Origin: Oscillospiraceae bacterium | Lineage (GTDB): Bacteria > Bacillota > Clostridia > Oscillospirales > Ruminococcaceae | Length of the DNA: 64,000 bases | Reading direction: 5' to 3' | NCBI GenBank assembly: GCA_029005335.1 | Contig: JAQXFT010000022.1 | Location: 21,438 to 85,437 of the forward strand | Part shown: positions 37,963-46,885 of the stretch, in pieces | Numbering within the stretch: position 1 is the stretch's first letter | Layout: every line of letters begins with the position of its first letter | Position numbers and translations under genes: made by a program | Notes under the pieces: model-generated | Seen by the model: the letters and a program-made list of their open reading frames with translations, nothing else | What the model was told of the DNA's origin: nothing | Database searches by the model: none

Positions 37963-39036
37963 TTGTTGGAAATTGCGGAAAAAATTGATATTCTCTCCCT
38001 TGACCTCCCACAGCTTGAACTGAAAATGGCTGAAATCGGAGAGAAGAAATTCAGAGCAAAGCAGATTTTTCAGTGGCTTCATGTAAAAAAAGTGTTCAGC
38101 TTTGATGATATGACTGACATATCTGTGCAACTACGCACAGAACTTAAAGATATTTTTTGTATAAAACGTCTATTTATTGCAAAAAGACTTGAATCTTGTA
38201 TAGATAATACGGTAAAATATCTTTATAGACTTCCTGACGGAAATTATGTCGAAACTGTTCTCATGGAATATCATTACGGAAAAAGTATATGTGTATCCAC
38301 TCAGGTGGGCTGTAAAATGGGCTGCAGTTTCTGTGCTTCTGCAATTGCAGGCTTTGTCAGAAATCTTACACCGTCAGAAATACTTATGCAGATTTATATG
38401 ACTGAAAAGGATATGGGAGTAAAGGTTTCAGGAATTGTACTGATGGGCATAGGTGAACCGCTGGACAATTATGAAAATGTTGTTAAATTTCTCAGACTTG
38501 TTTCCGATAAGAACGGAAATAATCTGAGTCTGAGACACGTTTCGCTTTCCACCTGCGGAATCGTACCGAAAATATATGAGCTTGCCGGTGAAAAATTCGG
38601 ACTTACTCTCTCTGTATCGCTCCACTGTGCCGACAACGACGGAAGAAGCAGAATTATGCCGGTAAACCGTACCTATAATCTCGGCCAGCTTATTGAAGCA
38701 TGCCGTTTTTATATCGAAAAAACCGGCAGAAGAATTACTTTTGAATATGCTGTCATAGACGGGGTAAACGTTTCAGAAAACGACGGTGAAAAGCTCGTTT
38801 CGCTTCTCAGGGGAATGAATTGTCATGTAAATGTCATACCTGTAAATAAAGTCAAAGAAAGAAATTACAGGTCAAAAAAATCATCAGCTGAAAATTTTGC
38901 ACAGTATCTTCTGAAAAGGGGAATTAATGCAACGGTCAGAAGAACGCTCGGAAGCGATATAAATGCAGCCTGCGGTCAGCTCCGGCGTGATACTCTAAAA
39001 CTTGAAAAGACTGGAGGTGTAAATTATGAGGGTTAA
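37963..39036 (+). CDS. rlmN: 23S rRNA m2A2503 / tRNA radical SAM methyltransferase
   Basis: STQVGCKMGCSFC, MGIGEPLDN, SLH, DINAACGQL. Confidence 0.95.
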   Translation: MLEIAEKIDILSLDLPQLELKMAEIGEKKFRAKQIFQWLHVKKVFSFDDMTDISVQLRTELKDIFCIKRLFIAKRLESCIDNTVKYLYRLPDGNYVETVLMEYHYGKSICVSTQVGCKMGCSFCASAIAGFVRNLTPSEILMQIYMTEKDMGVKVSGIVLMGIGEPLDNYENVVKFLRLVSDKNGNNLSLRHVSLSTCGIVPKIYELAGEKFGLTLSVSLHCADNDGRSRIMPVNRTYNLGQLIEACRFYIEKTGRRITFEYAVIDGVNVSENDGEKLVSLLRGMNCHVNVIPVNKVKERNYRSKKSSAENFAQYLLKRGINATVRRTLGSDINAACGQLRRDTLKLEKTGGVNYEG

Positions 39037-39751
39037 AACTGCTACCGATATAGGTCTTGCCCGTGACGAAAATCAGGACGCTGTAAGATATGAGGATTTC
39101 GGCGAAAATGTCCTTGTTGTTGTGTGCGACGGTATGGGCGGAGAGCGTGCCGGAGGTGAAGCCAGTGTTATGGCTATTGATGAAGTCTTTACAAGATTCA
39201 GAAACGGATACCATGAGGGGCTTTCAGATGATGATATAAGAAAGCTTCTGATTTCATCGGTTTCTGCGGCTAATTCGGTTATTTACACAACAGCAAGGCT
39301 TGATTTCAAAAATTTCGGAATGGGAACAACGTGTGTTGCTGCCTTTGTAACTCCGAAAACTGCATTTATCGCAAATGTAGGCGACAGCAGAGCCTATATA
39401 ATTACGGAAAGCGGTTTGCATCGTATTACTGTCGACCACAATGTTGCCTCACTTCTCTATGAACAGGGAAAAATTACTGCTGATGAAATGATTACTCATC
39501 CGCAGAAAAATGTCCTTGTGCGTGCTGTGGGAGTCGATAAAACAGTTATGGTCGATATGTTCATTCTGGACTATGAAAATCAGATAAAGATTCTGCTATG
39601 CTCAGACGGACTTTCAGGATATAATACCGATTCTGAAATATATGAGGTAGTAGCATCAGCTTCATTTGATGAATGTGCAGATGAACTTATAAAGCTTGCC
39701 CTTGAAAAGGGTGGACAGGATAATATCACTGTCGCACTTATTTCTGATTAA
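39026..39751 (+). CDS. stp: PP2C Ser/Thr phosphatase (Stp/PrpC)
   Basis: RDENQD, CDGMGG, MGTT, NVGDSRAY, CSDGL, GGQDNIT. Confidence 0.93.
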   Translation: MRVKTATDIGLARDENQDAVRYEDFGENVLVVVCDGMGGERAGGEASVMAIDEVFTRFRNGYHEGLSDDDIRKLLISSVSAANSVIYTTARLDFKNFGMGTTCVAAFVTPKTAFIANVGDSRAYIITESGLHRITVDHNVASLLYEQGKITADEMITHPQKNVLVRAVGVDKTVMVDMFILDYENQIKILLCSDGLSGYNTDSEIYEVVASASFDECADELIKLALEKGGQDNITVALISD

Positions 39752-39773
39752 TATACAGGAGGAATAACAAAGA

Positions 39774-42152
39774 ATGGCACAAGATACTAATATCGGGCAA
39801 ATGCTCGATAACAGGTACAAAATAACCGAGCTTATAGGCGTAGGCGGAATGGCAGATGTTTATAGAGGTACGGATATTGTTGACAACAAAACGGTTGCAA
39901 TAAAGATTCTTAAAACAGAATTTGCTGACAATGAGGAATTTCTCAGCCGTTTCAGAAATGAATCAAAGGCGATTGCACTTCTTTCACACCCGAATATCGT
40001 CAAGATTTATGACGTAGGATTTTCTGAAAATCTTCAGTACATCATTATGGAGTATATCGACGGAATTACCCTTAAAGACTATATCGAAGAAAAACATGCC
40101 CTCAATTGGAAAGATGCTGTACACTTTATGATTCAGATTCTGCGTGCATTACAGCATGCACATGAAAAGGGAATAGTCCACCGTGATATAAAGCCTCAGA
40201 ATATAATGATGCTTAATGACGGCACTATAAAGGTTATGGACTTCGGAATAGCAAAATTTTCAAGAGAAACAGGAAAAACTGCTACTGACCAGGCTATAGG
40301 AAGCGTCCACTATATAAGCCCTGAACAGGCTAAGGGTGAGGCTACTGATGAAAAAAGCGATATTTATTCAGTAGGCGTAATGCTCTATGAAATGCTTACG
40401 GGTCAGAAGCCCTTTGATTCCGATAATTCCGTATCCATTGCTGTTATGAATATCAACGATACTCCGAAGCGACCCAGAGCAGTGAATCCGAATGTTCCAG
40501 CCGGACTTGAGGAAATAATACTTAAAGCTATGGAGAAAAATCCGCTTGACAGATATCAGTCCGCTTCAGCAATGATTCAGGATATTGAACGCTTTAAAGC
40601 CAATCCCGATATCTCATTCGGATACTACATTGAGGATAACGGCGACTCCGAGGAAACACGCTATTTCAACGCTGTTGAACAAAGCGAATACAATGAGGAA
40701 AACGGTCAGACCGGAAAACGTACTGTTACAGCTGTCGAAGAACCTCCCAGACGCAGAAAACGTCATGAAGAAGAAGTTGCTGATGATGACGAAGATGAGG
40801 AGGAAGAGGAAGAAAAGGGTTCTCTCTTTGTACCCGTACTTACTGCTATTACAATTGCTGTAATTATCGGCGGAGTTATATTTGTTGCATCTCTCGTAAT
40901 GAATATGTTTCAGGGAGATTCGGGCGAAAAATTTGACTACAAAATGCCGAATCTTATAGGAGTTGACTATAACGAGGCTATAAACAAATACGGCGGTACT
41001 ATAAATATAGTCGTTGATTCTCAGGAATACAACGAGGTTGAAAAGAACTGCATATTCGAGCAGGATATTGAGCCTGAGACTCCTTTCAACAAGGGCGATA
41101 CAGTTAAAGTAAAAGTAAGCAAGGGTATGAAGACAATCAAAGTTCCGGACGGTACTGATATAAATGTCAATATCTATAAAAATTCACTTCAGGAGCTTGG
41201 ACTTAAAATCGATATAAAATCCGATACAAGCGACAGTATCCAGAAAGATAACATCATCAGGACTGAGCCGGAAGCCGGTACTGATGTCGAACCCGGAACA
41301 GTAATTCTTGTATATGTAAGTGCCGGAGTCAATAAGGAACAGATTAAGCTTGATAACTTCGTAGGAAAAACTATTGAAGAGGCTATGCTTATATGCTCCT
41401 ATAAGAGTATCAGCAACGTAAAAAGAGAAGACGCTCCCTCATATGAAAAGGAAGGTATAGTATTTGAACAGAGTATTCCTAAGGATACAGTAATCGAATC
41501 CGATCAGGAGCTTATACTTTATGTCAGCAATGGTGTTTACCCTGATGGTGAGGTTACATTCAATGTAAGTCTTCCTGATAACTCCGAGGGAAGATTCGTA
41601 CTTGATTTCTTCTCCGATAACGACAGCAAGACTATTATGTCAAGCGGAGTTATACTCGCTCCGGAAATGGCAAATACTTCTGTTCAGGTAAAGGGTACAG
41701 GAAAGGATATTCCGATTACAGTCTATATTACAAATCAGAGCAATAACCTCAGGTCGAGAATAGGACAGTATAACTTTGATTTCTCAACGGCATCATATAC
41801 CGCAAACTGGGAGGACGTTTATACTGCAATAAGCGAAATTGACGGATTCCATAAGGAGACACAAGCTCCGACAGAAGCTCCTGAAGCGCCTCCGACGGAA
41901 TATGTTGAGCCTACAGAACCTCCGACGGAATATATTGAGCCTACAGAGCCTCCGACGGAATATATTGAACCAACTACTGAACCTACTGTTCAGCCCTCTA
42001 CAACAGTAGGAGGATATACTGACAATGACGGAGACGGTATTCCGGATAATATAAATGATATTCCATGGGTTGATGAAGACGGAGACGGAATCAATGATAA
42101 CTGGCCATGGGTTGACAATGACGGAGACGGATTCCATGACTGGCTTGGATAA
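39774..42152 (+). CDS. pknB: PASTA-domain Ser/Thr kinase with an extended extracellular tail
   Basis: IGVGGMADVY, HRDIKPQN, DFGIA, GSVHYISPEQ; TM; three PASTA-like repeats; beta-rich domain; PTE repeats; three DxDGDG repeats. Confidence 0.93.
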   Translation: MAQDTNIGQMLDNRYKITELIGVGGMADVYRGTDIVDNKTVAIKILKTEFADNEEFLSRFRNESKAIALLSHPNIVKIYDVGFSENLQYIIMEYIDGITLKDYIEEKHALNWKDAVHFMIQILRALQHAHEKGIVHRDIKPQNIMMLNDGTIKVMDFGIAKFSRETGKTATDQAIGSVHYISPEQAKGEATDEKSDIYSVGVMLYEMLTGQKPFDSDNSVSIAVMNINDTPKRPRAVNPNVPAGLEEIILKAMEKNPLDRYQSASAMIQDIERFKANPDISFGYYIEDNGDSEETRYFNAVEQSEYNEENGQTGKRTVTAVEEPPRRRKRHEEEVADDDEDEEEEEEKGSLFVPVLTAITIAVIIGGVIFVASLVMNMFQGDSGEKFDYKMPNLIGVDYNEAINKYGGTINIVVDSQEYNEVEKNCIFEQDIEPETPFNKGDTVKVKVSKGMKTIKVPDGTDINVNIYKNSLQELGLKIDIKSDTSDSIQKDNIIRTEPEAGTDVEPGTVILVYVSAGVNKEQIKLDNFVGKTIEEAMLICSYKSISNVKREDAPSYEKEGIVFEQSIPKDTVIESDQELILYVSNGVYPDGEVTFNVSLPDNSEGRFVLDFFSDNDSKTIMSSGVILAPEMANTSVQVKGTGKDIPITVYITNQSNNLRSRIGQYNFDFSTASYTANWEDVYTAISEIDGFHKETQAPTEAPEAPPTEYVEPTEPPTEYIEPTEPPTEYIEPTTEPTVQPSTTVGGYTDNDGDGIPDNINDIPWVDEDGDGINDNWPWVDNDGDGFHDWLG
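41889..41970 (+). repeat. 30-bp in-frame tandem repeat (PPTEYIEPTE, about 3 copies) in pknB
   Basis: cctccgacggaatat at 41889, 41919 and 41949. Confidence 0.9.
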
Positions 42153-43023
42153 AATTCAGAATGCTTTAATAATAAAATCAATCGGGGGACTCTATACGTC
42201 AGAGTCCCCTGACGGTTTAATAACAGAGTGCAGGGCAAGGGGAGTTTTCAGAAACAGAAATATTTCACCAGTTGTCGGAGACTATGTTACTATCGAAAAT
42301 GGCATCATATCCGGAATAAATCCACGGAAGAACAGTATTATAAGACCTCCTCTTGCAAATCTCGATCAGATTCTGTTTGTTGTATCAACATGCAAGCCGA
42401 CACCAAATTTTCTTCTTCTTGATAAATTTATCGCAATATCAGTATACAAGAATATTACACCTTTAATAGTAATCTCAAAGGCTGATATAGGAGAAATAAA
42501 GCCGATTCTTGATATTTACAGCAATACAGATATAAAAATACTGATAGCGGATTATTCGGACAAGTCATCTGTAGACAGAATCAGAGAGCTTTTAACCGGA
42601 AAAATAAGTGCTTTTGCGGGCAATTCCGGAGCAGGAAAATCTACTCTGCTTAATGCCGTTGACAGCAGTCTTAATCTGAAAACAGGTGAAATCAGTGAAA
42701 AGCTCGGCAGAGGAAAGCATACAACACGCCACGCTGAATTGTATAAACTCAGGGAGGGCGGATATATTGCAGATACCCCTGGATTTTCAACCTTTGAAAC
42801 AAATAAATATGATGTAATCAGAAAGGAAGAACTTGCAGGCTGTTTTACAGAATTTCTGAAATATACAGATGATTGTCAGTTCAGGGACTGCTCCCATACC
42901 CGTGAAAAGGGCTGTAGGGTTATAGAGGCTGTGAATCAGGGCATAATAAGCAGAAGCCGTCACGAAAGTTACTGTGTTATGTATGATGAAGCAAAAAAAC
43001 TTAAGGAGTGGGAGCTTAAATGA
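42136..43023 (+). CDS. rsgA: Ribosome small subunit-dependent GTPase A
   Basis: CRARG, SKAD, GNSGAGKSTL, GKHTT, DTPGF, CQFRDCSH..GC zinc site; start taken at ATG 42136. Confidence 0.93.
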   Translation: MTGLDKIQNALIIKSIGGLYTSESPDGLITECRARGVFRNRNISPVVGDYVTIENGIISGINPRKNSIIRPPLANLDQILFVVSTCKPTPNFLLLDKFIAISVYKNITPLIVISKADIGEIKPILDIYSNTDIKILIADYSDKSSVDRIRELLTGKISAFAGNSGAGKSTLLNAVDSSLNLKTGEISEKLGRGKHTTRHAELYKLREGGYIADTPGFSTFETNKYDVIRKEELAGCFTEFLKYTDDCQFRDCSHTREKGCRVIEAVNQGIISRSRHESYCVMYDEAKKLKEWELK

Positions 43024-43646
43024 ACACTTTTGTTATATTTTCGGGTGGAGAAATTTTTGATTATTCGGTAGTATCACGTAATATCAGTCATTATGTTGTC
43101 ATATGTGCGGACAGCGGTCTGTATCACTGCAAAAAACTGGACATTTTTCCGCATGTAGTAATAGGGGATTTCGATTCCTATAAAGGCGAAATAGCTCCGG
43201 AGAGCAAAGTTATAAAAAGCTCTCCGGAAAAAGATGATACTGATACAATGCTTTGCGTTAAATATGCGATAGAAAAAGGAGCGAGGGCAATAAAAATATA
43301 CGGAGGACTTTCCGGCAGACTTGACCACACTATCGCAAATATCCAAGCTCTTAAATACTGTGCTGAAAGAAATGTTCATGCAGAGATAGATGATGGATTC
43401 AACCGTGCTTTAGTACAGGGAGAAAAAAGTATATGCGAGTACAGAAAAGATGATTCAAAGTACTTTTCTGTATTTTCGCTTACTGATAAAGTATTTATCA
43501 GAGAGCTTTCAGGAGTAAAGTATCCTCTTGAAAAATATTATCTTACGTCCGGATTCCCTTTAGGAGTAAGCAACGAGATTACATCAGACAGTGCAAGGCT
43601 TGAAGTATCAGGCGGATATGCGTTAATTATTTTTTCCAGAAAATAA
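43020..43646 (+). CDS. thiN: Thiamine pyrophosphokinase
   Basis: CADSG, IGDFDS, EKDDTDT, GRLDHTIAN, GVSNE. Confidence 0.92.
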   Translation: MNTFVIFSGGEIFDYSVVSRNISHYVVICADSGLYHCKKLDIFPHVVIGDFDSYKGEIAPESKVIKSSPEKDDTDTMLCVKYAIEKGARAIKIYGGLSGRLDHTIANIQALKYCAERNVHAEIDDGFNRALVQGEKSICEYRKDDSKYFSVFSLTDKVFIRELSGVKYPLEKYYLTSGFPLGVSNEITSDSARLEVSGGYALIIFSRK

Positions 43647-43698
43647 GAACCCTTTTCATAATTCAGAATATAATGAAAATATGAAGGGAGGCTACATA

Positions 43699-43779
43699 AT
43701 GAAAGTAGTTGTTATCAAAAGCCCTAAGGTACTGTCAGGAATTTTAAGAATGATTTTTGGTATAAAGAATGAAAAGTAG
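43699..43779 (+). CDS. spoVM: Stage V sporulation protein M (26 aa)
   Basis: GGAGG RBS; MKVVVIKSPKVLSGILRMIFGIKNEK has Pro9 and an amphipathic pattern like B. subtilis SpoVM; same position after thiN; absent from the ORF track. Confidence 0.9.
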   Translation: MKVVVIKSPKVLSGILRMIFGIKNEK

Positions 43780-43803
43780 GGGGTGCTTTATGCACTCCCT
43801 TTA
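43779..43803. terminator. Terminator hairpin between spoVM and vanZ
   Basis: GGGGGTGC-TTTAT-GCACTCCC plus TTT. Confidence 0.6.
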
Positions 43804-44222
43804 TTTCCGGAAAATATTCTGAATATCAGAGCGAAAATCAATGCTCCGAATAATGCTCCTGATGTATCAATAATTACGTCCTGAAAACGGCAGGCTCTGC
43901 CCGGTACAAAATACTGATGAATTTCGTCAGTGCAGGCATAAAGAAAGCATACAGAGAGAGTATAAAAAATTTTCCTTGGAATAAATATTCCGGATACTAA
44001 AAATCCCAGTACGGCATATATGGTAAAATGTGCGGTTTTTCTTACTATATACGATAGATTCTCCCTTACTCCTGACGGAATCCATTCGAGCAGTTGCTCT
44101 ACAAAGAAGTTGCTTTTTTCATTGGATTCCTCAGAATTATCGGCAGAAAAACAGAAAATTACTGCCATGCACAGCAACGCAAGAACTGCAAAAACAATTT
44201 GTCTGATTTTTAATCTTTTCAT
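43788..44222 (-). CDS. VanZ-like membrane protein
   Basis: IFCFSA, VRKTAHFTIY, YACTDEIHQYFVPGR, DVIIDTSG. Confidence 0.88.
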   Translation of the reverse strand: MKRLKIRQIVFAVLALLCMAVIFCFSADNSEESNEKSNFFVEQLLEWIPSGVRENLSYIVRKTAHFTIYAVLGFLVSGIFIPRKIFYTLSVCFLYACTDEIHQYFVPGRACRFQDVIIDTSGALFGALIFALIFRIFSGNKGSA

Positions 44223-44376
44223 AAGTCTTCTCCTTTCAGAATCAGCTTAATATATTATACTCCGGATTTTATCAGAAGTAAATATTTATAGAAAAATTTC
44301 AAAAAATACTTGTAAGATTGAAATAAAAATGCTATAATAGTTTAAGTAATGATTTTTTGATTTTTCGGAGGTTAAA

Positions 44377-45561
44377 ATGAAAAATATACTTTCCAATATA
44401 TGGATTAAAAGATTTATGTCGCTTTTCAGCGGTCTTTATGCCCTTGGTGCTTGTTTCCTGTGTTACTGTTCATTGTTCTATAAGGCGGAGATAAGCTCCC
44501 CGAACTCAATGTGTATACTTATTTCGGTATTGTCAGCCGTATTCCTTCTGATAATGCTCTATACACGAAAACAGCTGATTACAAGAATATCAAGCTTTGT
44601 AATACTTCCTGCAATGCTTCCTGTCGTGCTGTTCTATTTCGGAGAATGGAAGCTTATAATTCCGTTTGTAGCCTCGGGACTGATAATATTCCTGTTTTCG
44701 GGAGCGGGCGAAGGCGTAAAGACAACTCTGGGTACTATAATACTTCTGCTTTATATATTCGGTTCTCTCGGATATTTTCTTATTACATCATTCTTCATTA
44801 CGGCAAGCAAGACTGAAACTGTAGAAACAGGTGTTTCACCGTCAGGAAAATACAGATATTCTGTTGTTAATACTAAGGACAGCTCCAACGGAAGTACGGC
44901 TGTATACGTTGAACCTAATGATGCGGATATATCTTTGCCAAGATTCTACATAACATTCAGACTGAATAACTTTGAACGTATAGTTTATCTTGAACGCCCT
45001 ATGACTAAAAAGACAGAAGTAGAGTGGAAAGAGCAGTCCCGACAGGATATAACAAAGGAGCTTAATAAGATTTCAGACCATATTGTGCTTCACCTTACTG
45101 AGAAACAGCTTGAAACGCTGGGCTATACCTTTGAGGAAAAGCTTGTGATTACAGACCTTGAATTTGAGGATTATCAGTTCCTCGGTATTGAACAGAATAC
45201 AGTAAGTGAAGTTTTACTTGATTCGCTTGATGCACAACAGCTTGAATACTTTAATATTTCAAGAGACGGAACGGGATATTATGTGCTTTCGCCAAGTGAG
45301 GATTTCAGAAAATCGGCTCATGCTGATGAGGGCGAAAGAATTTACCTGAAGGATTTGAAGTCAGGTCTGCTTGAGGATTTATATATTGAAAAAGATGATT
45401 CCGTTATACTTAATGAGCTTACGGACGAACAGCTTGCAGCACTGGGAGTTCCTGAAAGCGGAGATGTTATGACGTTTAATGGTCAGGTATGCTTCAGATA
45501 CTATGTTGCTGTGCTTGATAATTATTTTGATGTTGAACATAAGACAATTGAACTTTTCTGA
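44377..45561 (+). CDS. Hypothetical membrane protein (N-terminal TM bundle plus repeat-containing soluble domain)
   Basis: GGAGG RBS; promoter TTGTAA, 17 nt spacer, TATAAT upstream; about five hydrophobic helices then SPSGKYRY and five 14-aa repeats. Confidence 0.8.
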   Translation: MKNILSNIWIKRFMSLFSGLYALGACFLCYCSLFYKAEISSPNSMCILISVLSAVFLLIMLYTRKQLITRISSFVILPAMLPVVLFYFGEWKLIIPFVASGLIIFLFSGAGEGVKTTLGTIILLLYIFGSLGYFLITSFFITASKTETVETGVSPSGKYRYSVVNTKDSSNGSTAVYVEPNDADISLPRFYITFRLNNFERIVYLERPMTKKTEVEWKEQSRQDITKELNKISDHIVLHLTEKQLETLGYTFEEKLVITDLEFEDYQFLGIEQNTVSEVLLDSLDAQQLEYFNISRDGTGYYVLSPSEDFRKSAHADEGERIYLKDLKSGLLEDLYIEKDDSVILNELTDEQLAALGVPESGDVMTFNGQVCFRYYVAVLDNYFDVEHKTIELF

Positions 45562-45573
45562 TATAAAAAAACA

Positions 45574-45597
45574 GGAGCAGTAAAAAAATACTGCTCC
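45574..45597. terminator. Bidirectional terminator
   Basis: GGAGCAGTA-A6-TACTGCTCC flanked by A and T tracts. Confidence 0.8.
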
Positions 45598-45609
45598 TTA
45601 ATTTTTTTG

Positions 45610-46857
45610 TTATTGCTGCTGATAGTCAAGTGAGAACGGCTCATATCTTTTGAATGCTCTTTCATTTCTTGATACACTGTAGGTATCAGCCAGCTCTTCA
45701 ATAAAGTCACTGAATTCCTCGCCGTATTTCTGATTCTGGAGGCTGAGAATCATATTTTCAGACCACCAGTCATCATCTGTAAGTCTTTCATAGAGGTCAG
45801 CCTTGAAAATTACATAAACAGCCTCGCTGTCCTCAAATACGGAAGCTTCTCCGGTTTTAGCCTCCTTGAATATATATTCATTGGCTTTCTTTGAGGGGAC
45901 ATAATTCGGTTCAGTAGCTGTAGTAGTTTCACCGCTTTCGCCAACTGATATATCAGCTTCCTTTGCAGTAGTTACGGTTACAAACTGTACAAGCTGTTCG
46001 TTTGCAAATGGGTTAGTAGTTGTAGTAGTTGTTGTTGCAGAGGGGTCAGAGGTGGTTGTAGTAGTGGTGGTAGTTGCTGAATCTGTGGTAGCTGTCAGAG
46101 CGGCAGCCTTTTCGGCTTCTTCGAGCTTATACTCCTGGTATTCATCACGGATTTCGTCCATTTTGTAAAGTCTTTTCTGCTCAGTAGTTTCCTTGTTTAC
46201 TTCCTCGGCATAATCTTCAGCAAGCCTGATGAGCTTTTTCTTATCACTGCCTTTTAAGAGGTTGCCATCGGAATCCTTGAGGTCGATTGTGATATATTCC
46301 ACACGGGCATAATTGTCATTGAAATATTTTTTAAGTTCGCTTTCGCTCATACCCTTTTCGCCGTCAAAGCCGTAGTAGTGCTTGAATACATGCTCACGTT
46401 TATAATCAATTTCCATTATATCCCTGAGGGATTCTTCTCCGATACCGTTTTTGGTATAGAATTTACCTCCGTCGCCCTGTGTATAATAGGAGAGCATATC
46501 ATCGATTTCTGATTTCTCCTCAGCGGTAAGCTCTTCTCCCAGAGCATCAAATTCACGTGATATAGCGACAAATTCAGTACAATATTCCTCAGCCTTATTC
46601 TGAATCCAGTCTTTTGCCGTGATGTTGTCGATATGAGCATTTTTTATATTTTCGACCTTGGTTGTATCCGTGCCGTCCTCTCCGATTATATTAGAGGCTT
46701 CATAGTAAGCACTCATAGTGTAGAATATGAATATTCCTGCACGTATATCAGTACCGTCAATATTCATACCGGTTGACGTTGATTCACCACAGCCTGAGAA
46801 TGCTGCCGCCATAGTAAGGGCAGTAGCAGCGGCAACGATTCTTTTGAATTTTTTCAT
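45610..46857 (-). CDS. Lipoprotein, PrsA/SurA-like foldase homolog with a Thr-rich insertion
   Basis: Lipobox AFSG-C; helical SurA-like N-terminal region; parvulin-like remnants ARVEYITI and GEASVFEDSEAVYVIFK. Confidence 0.65.
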   Translation of the reverse strand: MKKFKRIVAAATALTMAAAFSGCGESTSTGMNIDGTDIRAGIFIFYTMSAYYEASNIIGEDGTDTTKVENIKNAHIDNITAKDWIQNKAEEYCTEFVAISREFDALGEELTAEEKSEIDDMLSYYTQGDGGKFYTKNGIGEESLRDIMEIDYKREHVFKHYYGFDGEKGMSESELKKYFNDNYARVEYITIDLKDSDGNLLKGSDKKKLIRLAEDYAEEVNKETTEQKRLYKMDEIRDEYQEYKLEEAEKAAALTATTDSATTTTTTTTSDPSATTTTTTTNPFANEQLVQFVTVTTAKEADISVGESGETTTATEPNYVPSKKANEYIFKEAKTGEASVFEDSEAVYVIFKADLYERLTDDDWWSENMILSLQNQKYGEEFSDFIEELADTYSVSRNERAFKRYEPFSLDYQQQ

Positions 46858-46885
46858 TTATATTCCTCCGATTTAATTTTAAGTT

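Noticed and set aside
42021-42135. Repeat-spacer pattern as a mini CRISPR array
   Set aside because: Repeats are short, in frame, coding (DxDGDG) and there are no cas genes
41793-42137. Antisense ORF with repeated FRRRxCRLNI units
   Set aside because: Reverse complement of the pknB PTE repeats; no independent evidence
42184-42209. GGGGACTCT..AGAGTCCCC palindrome inside rsgA as an inserted element
   Set aside because: The protein reads normally through it (IKSIGGLYTSESPDG) with no apparent length gain
6110-44222. VanH-like dehydrogenase plus a VanZ gene as a glycopeptide-resistance cluster
   Set aside because: They are 37 kb apart, there is no D-Ala-D-Lac ligase or vanX, and both families are widespread housekeeping genes
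46552-46562. parS-like TTCACGTGA
   Set aside because: Only the core matches, the flanking TGT/ACA arms are missing, and it lies within a CDS
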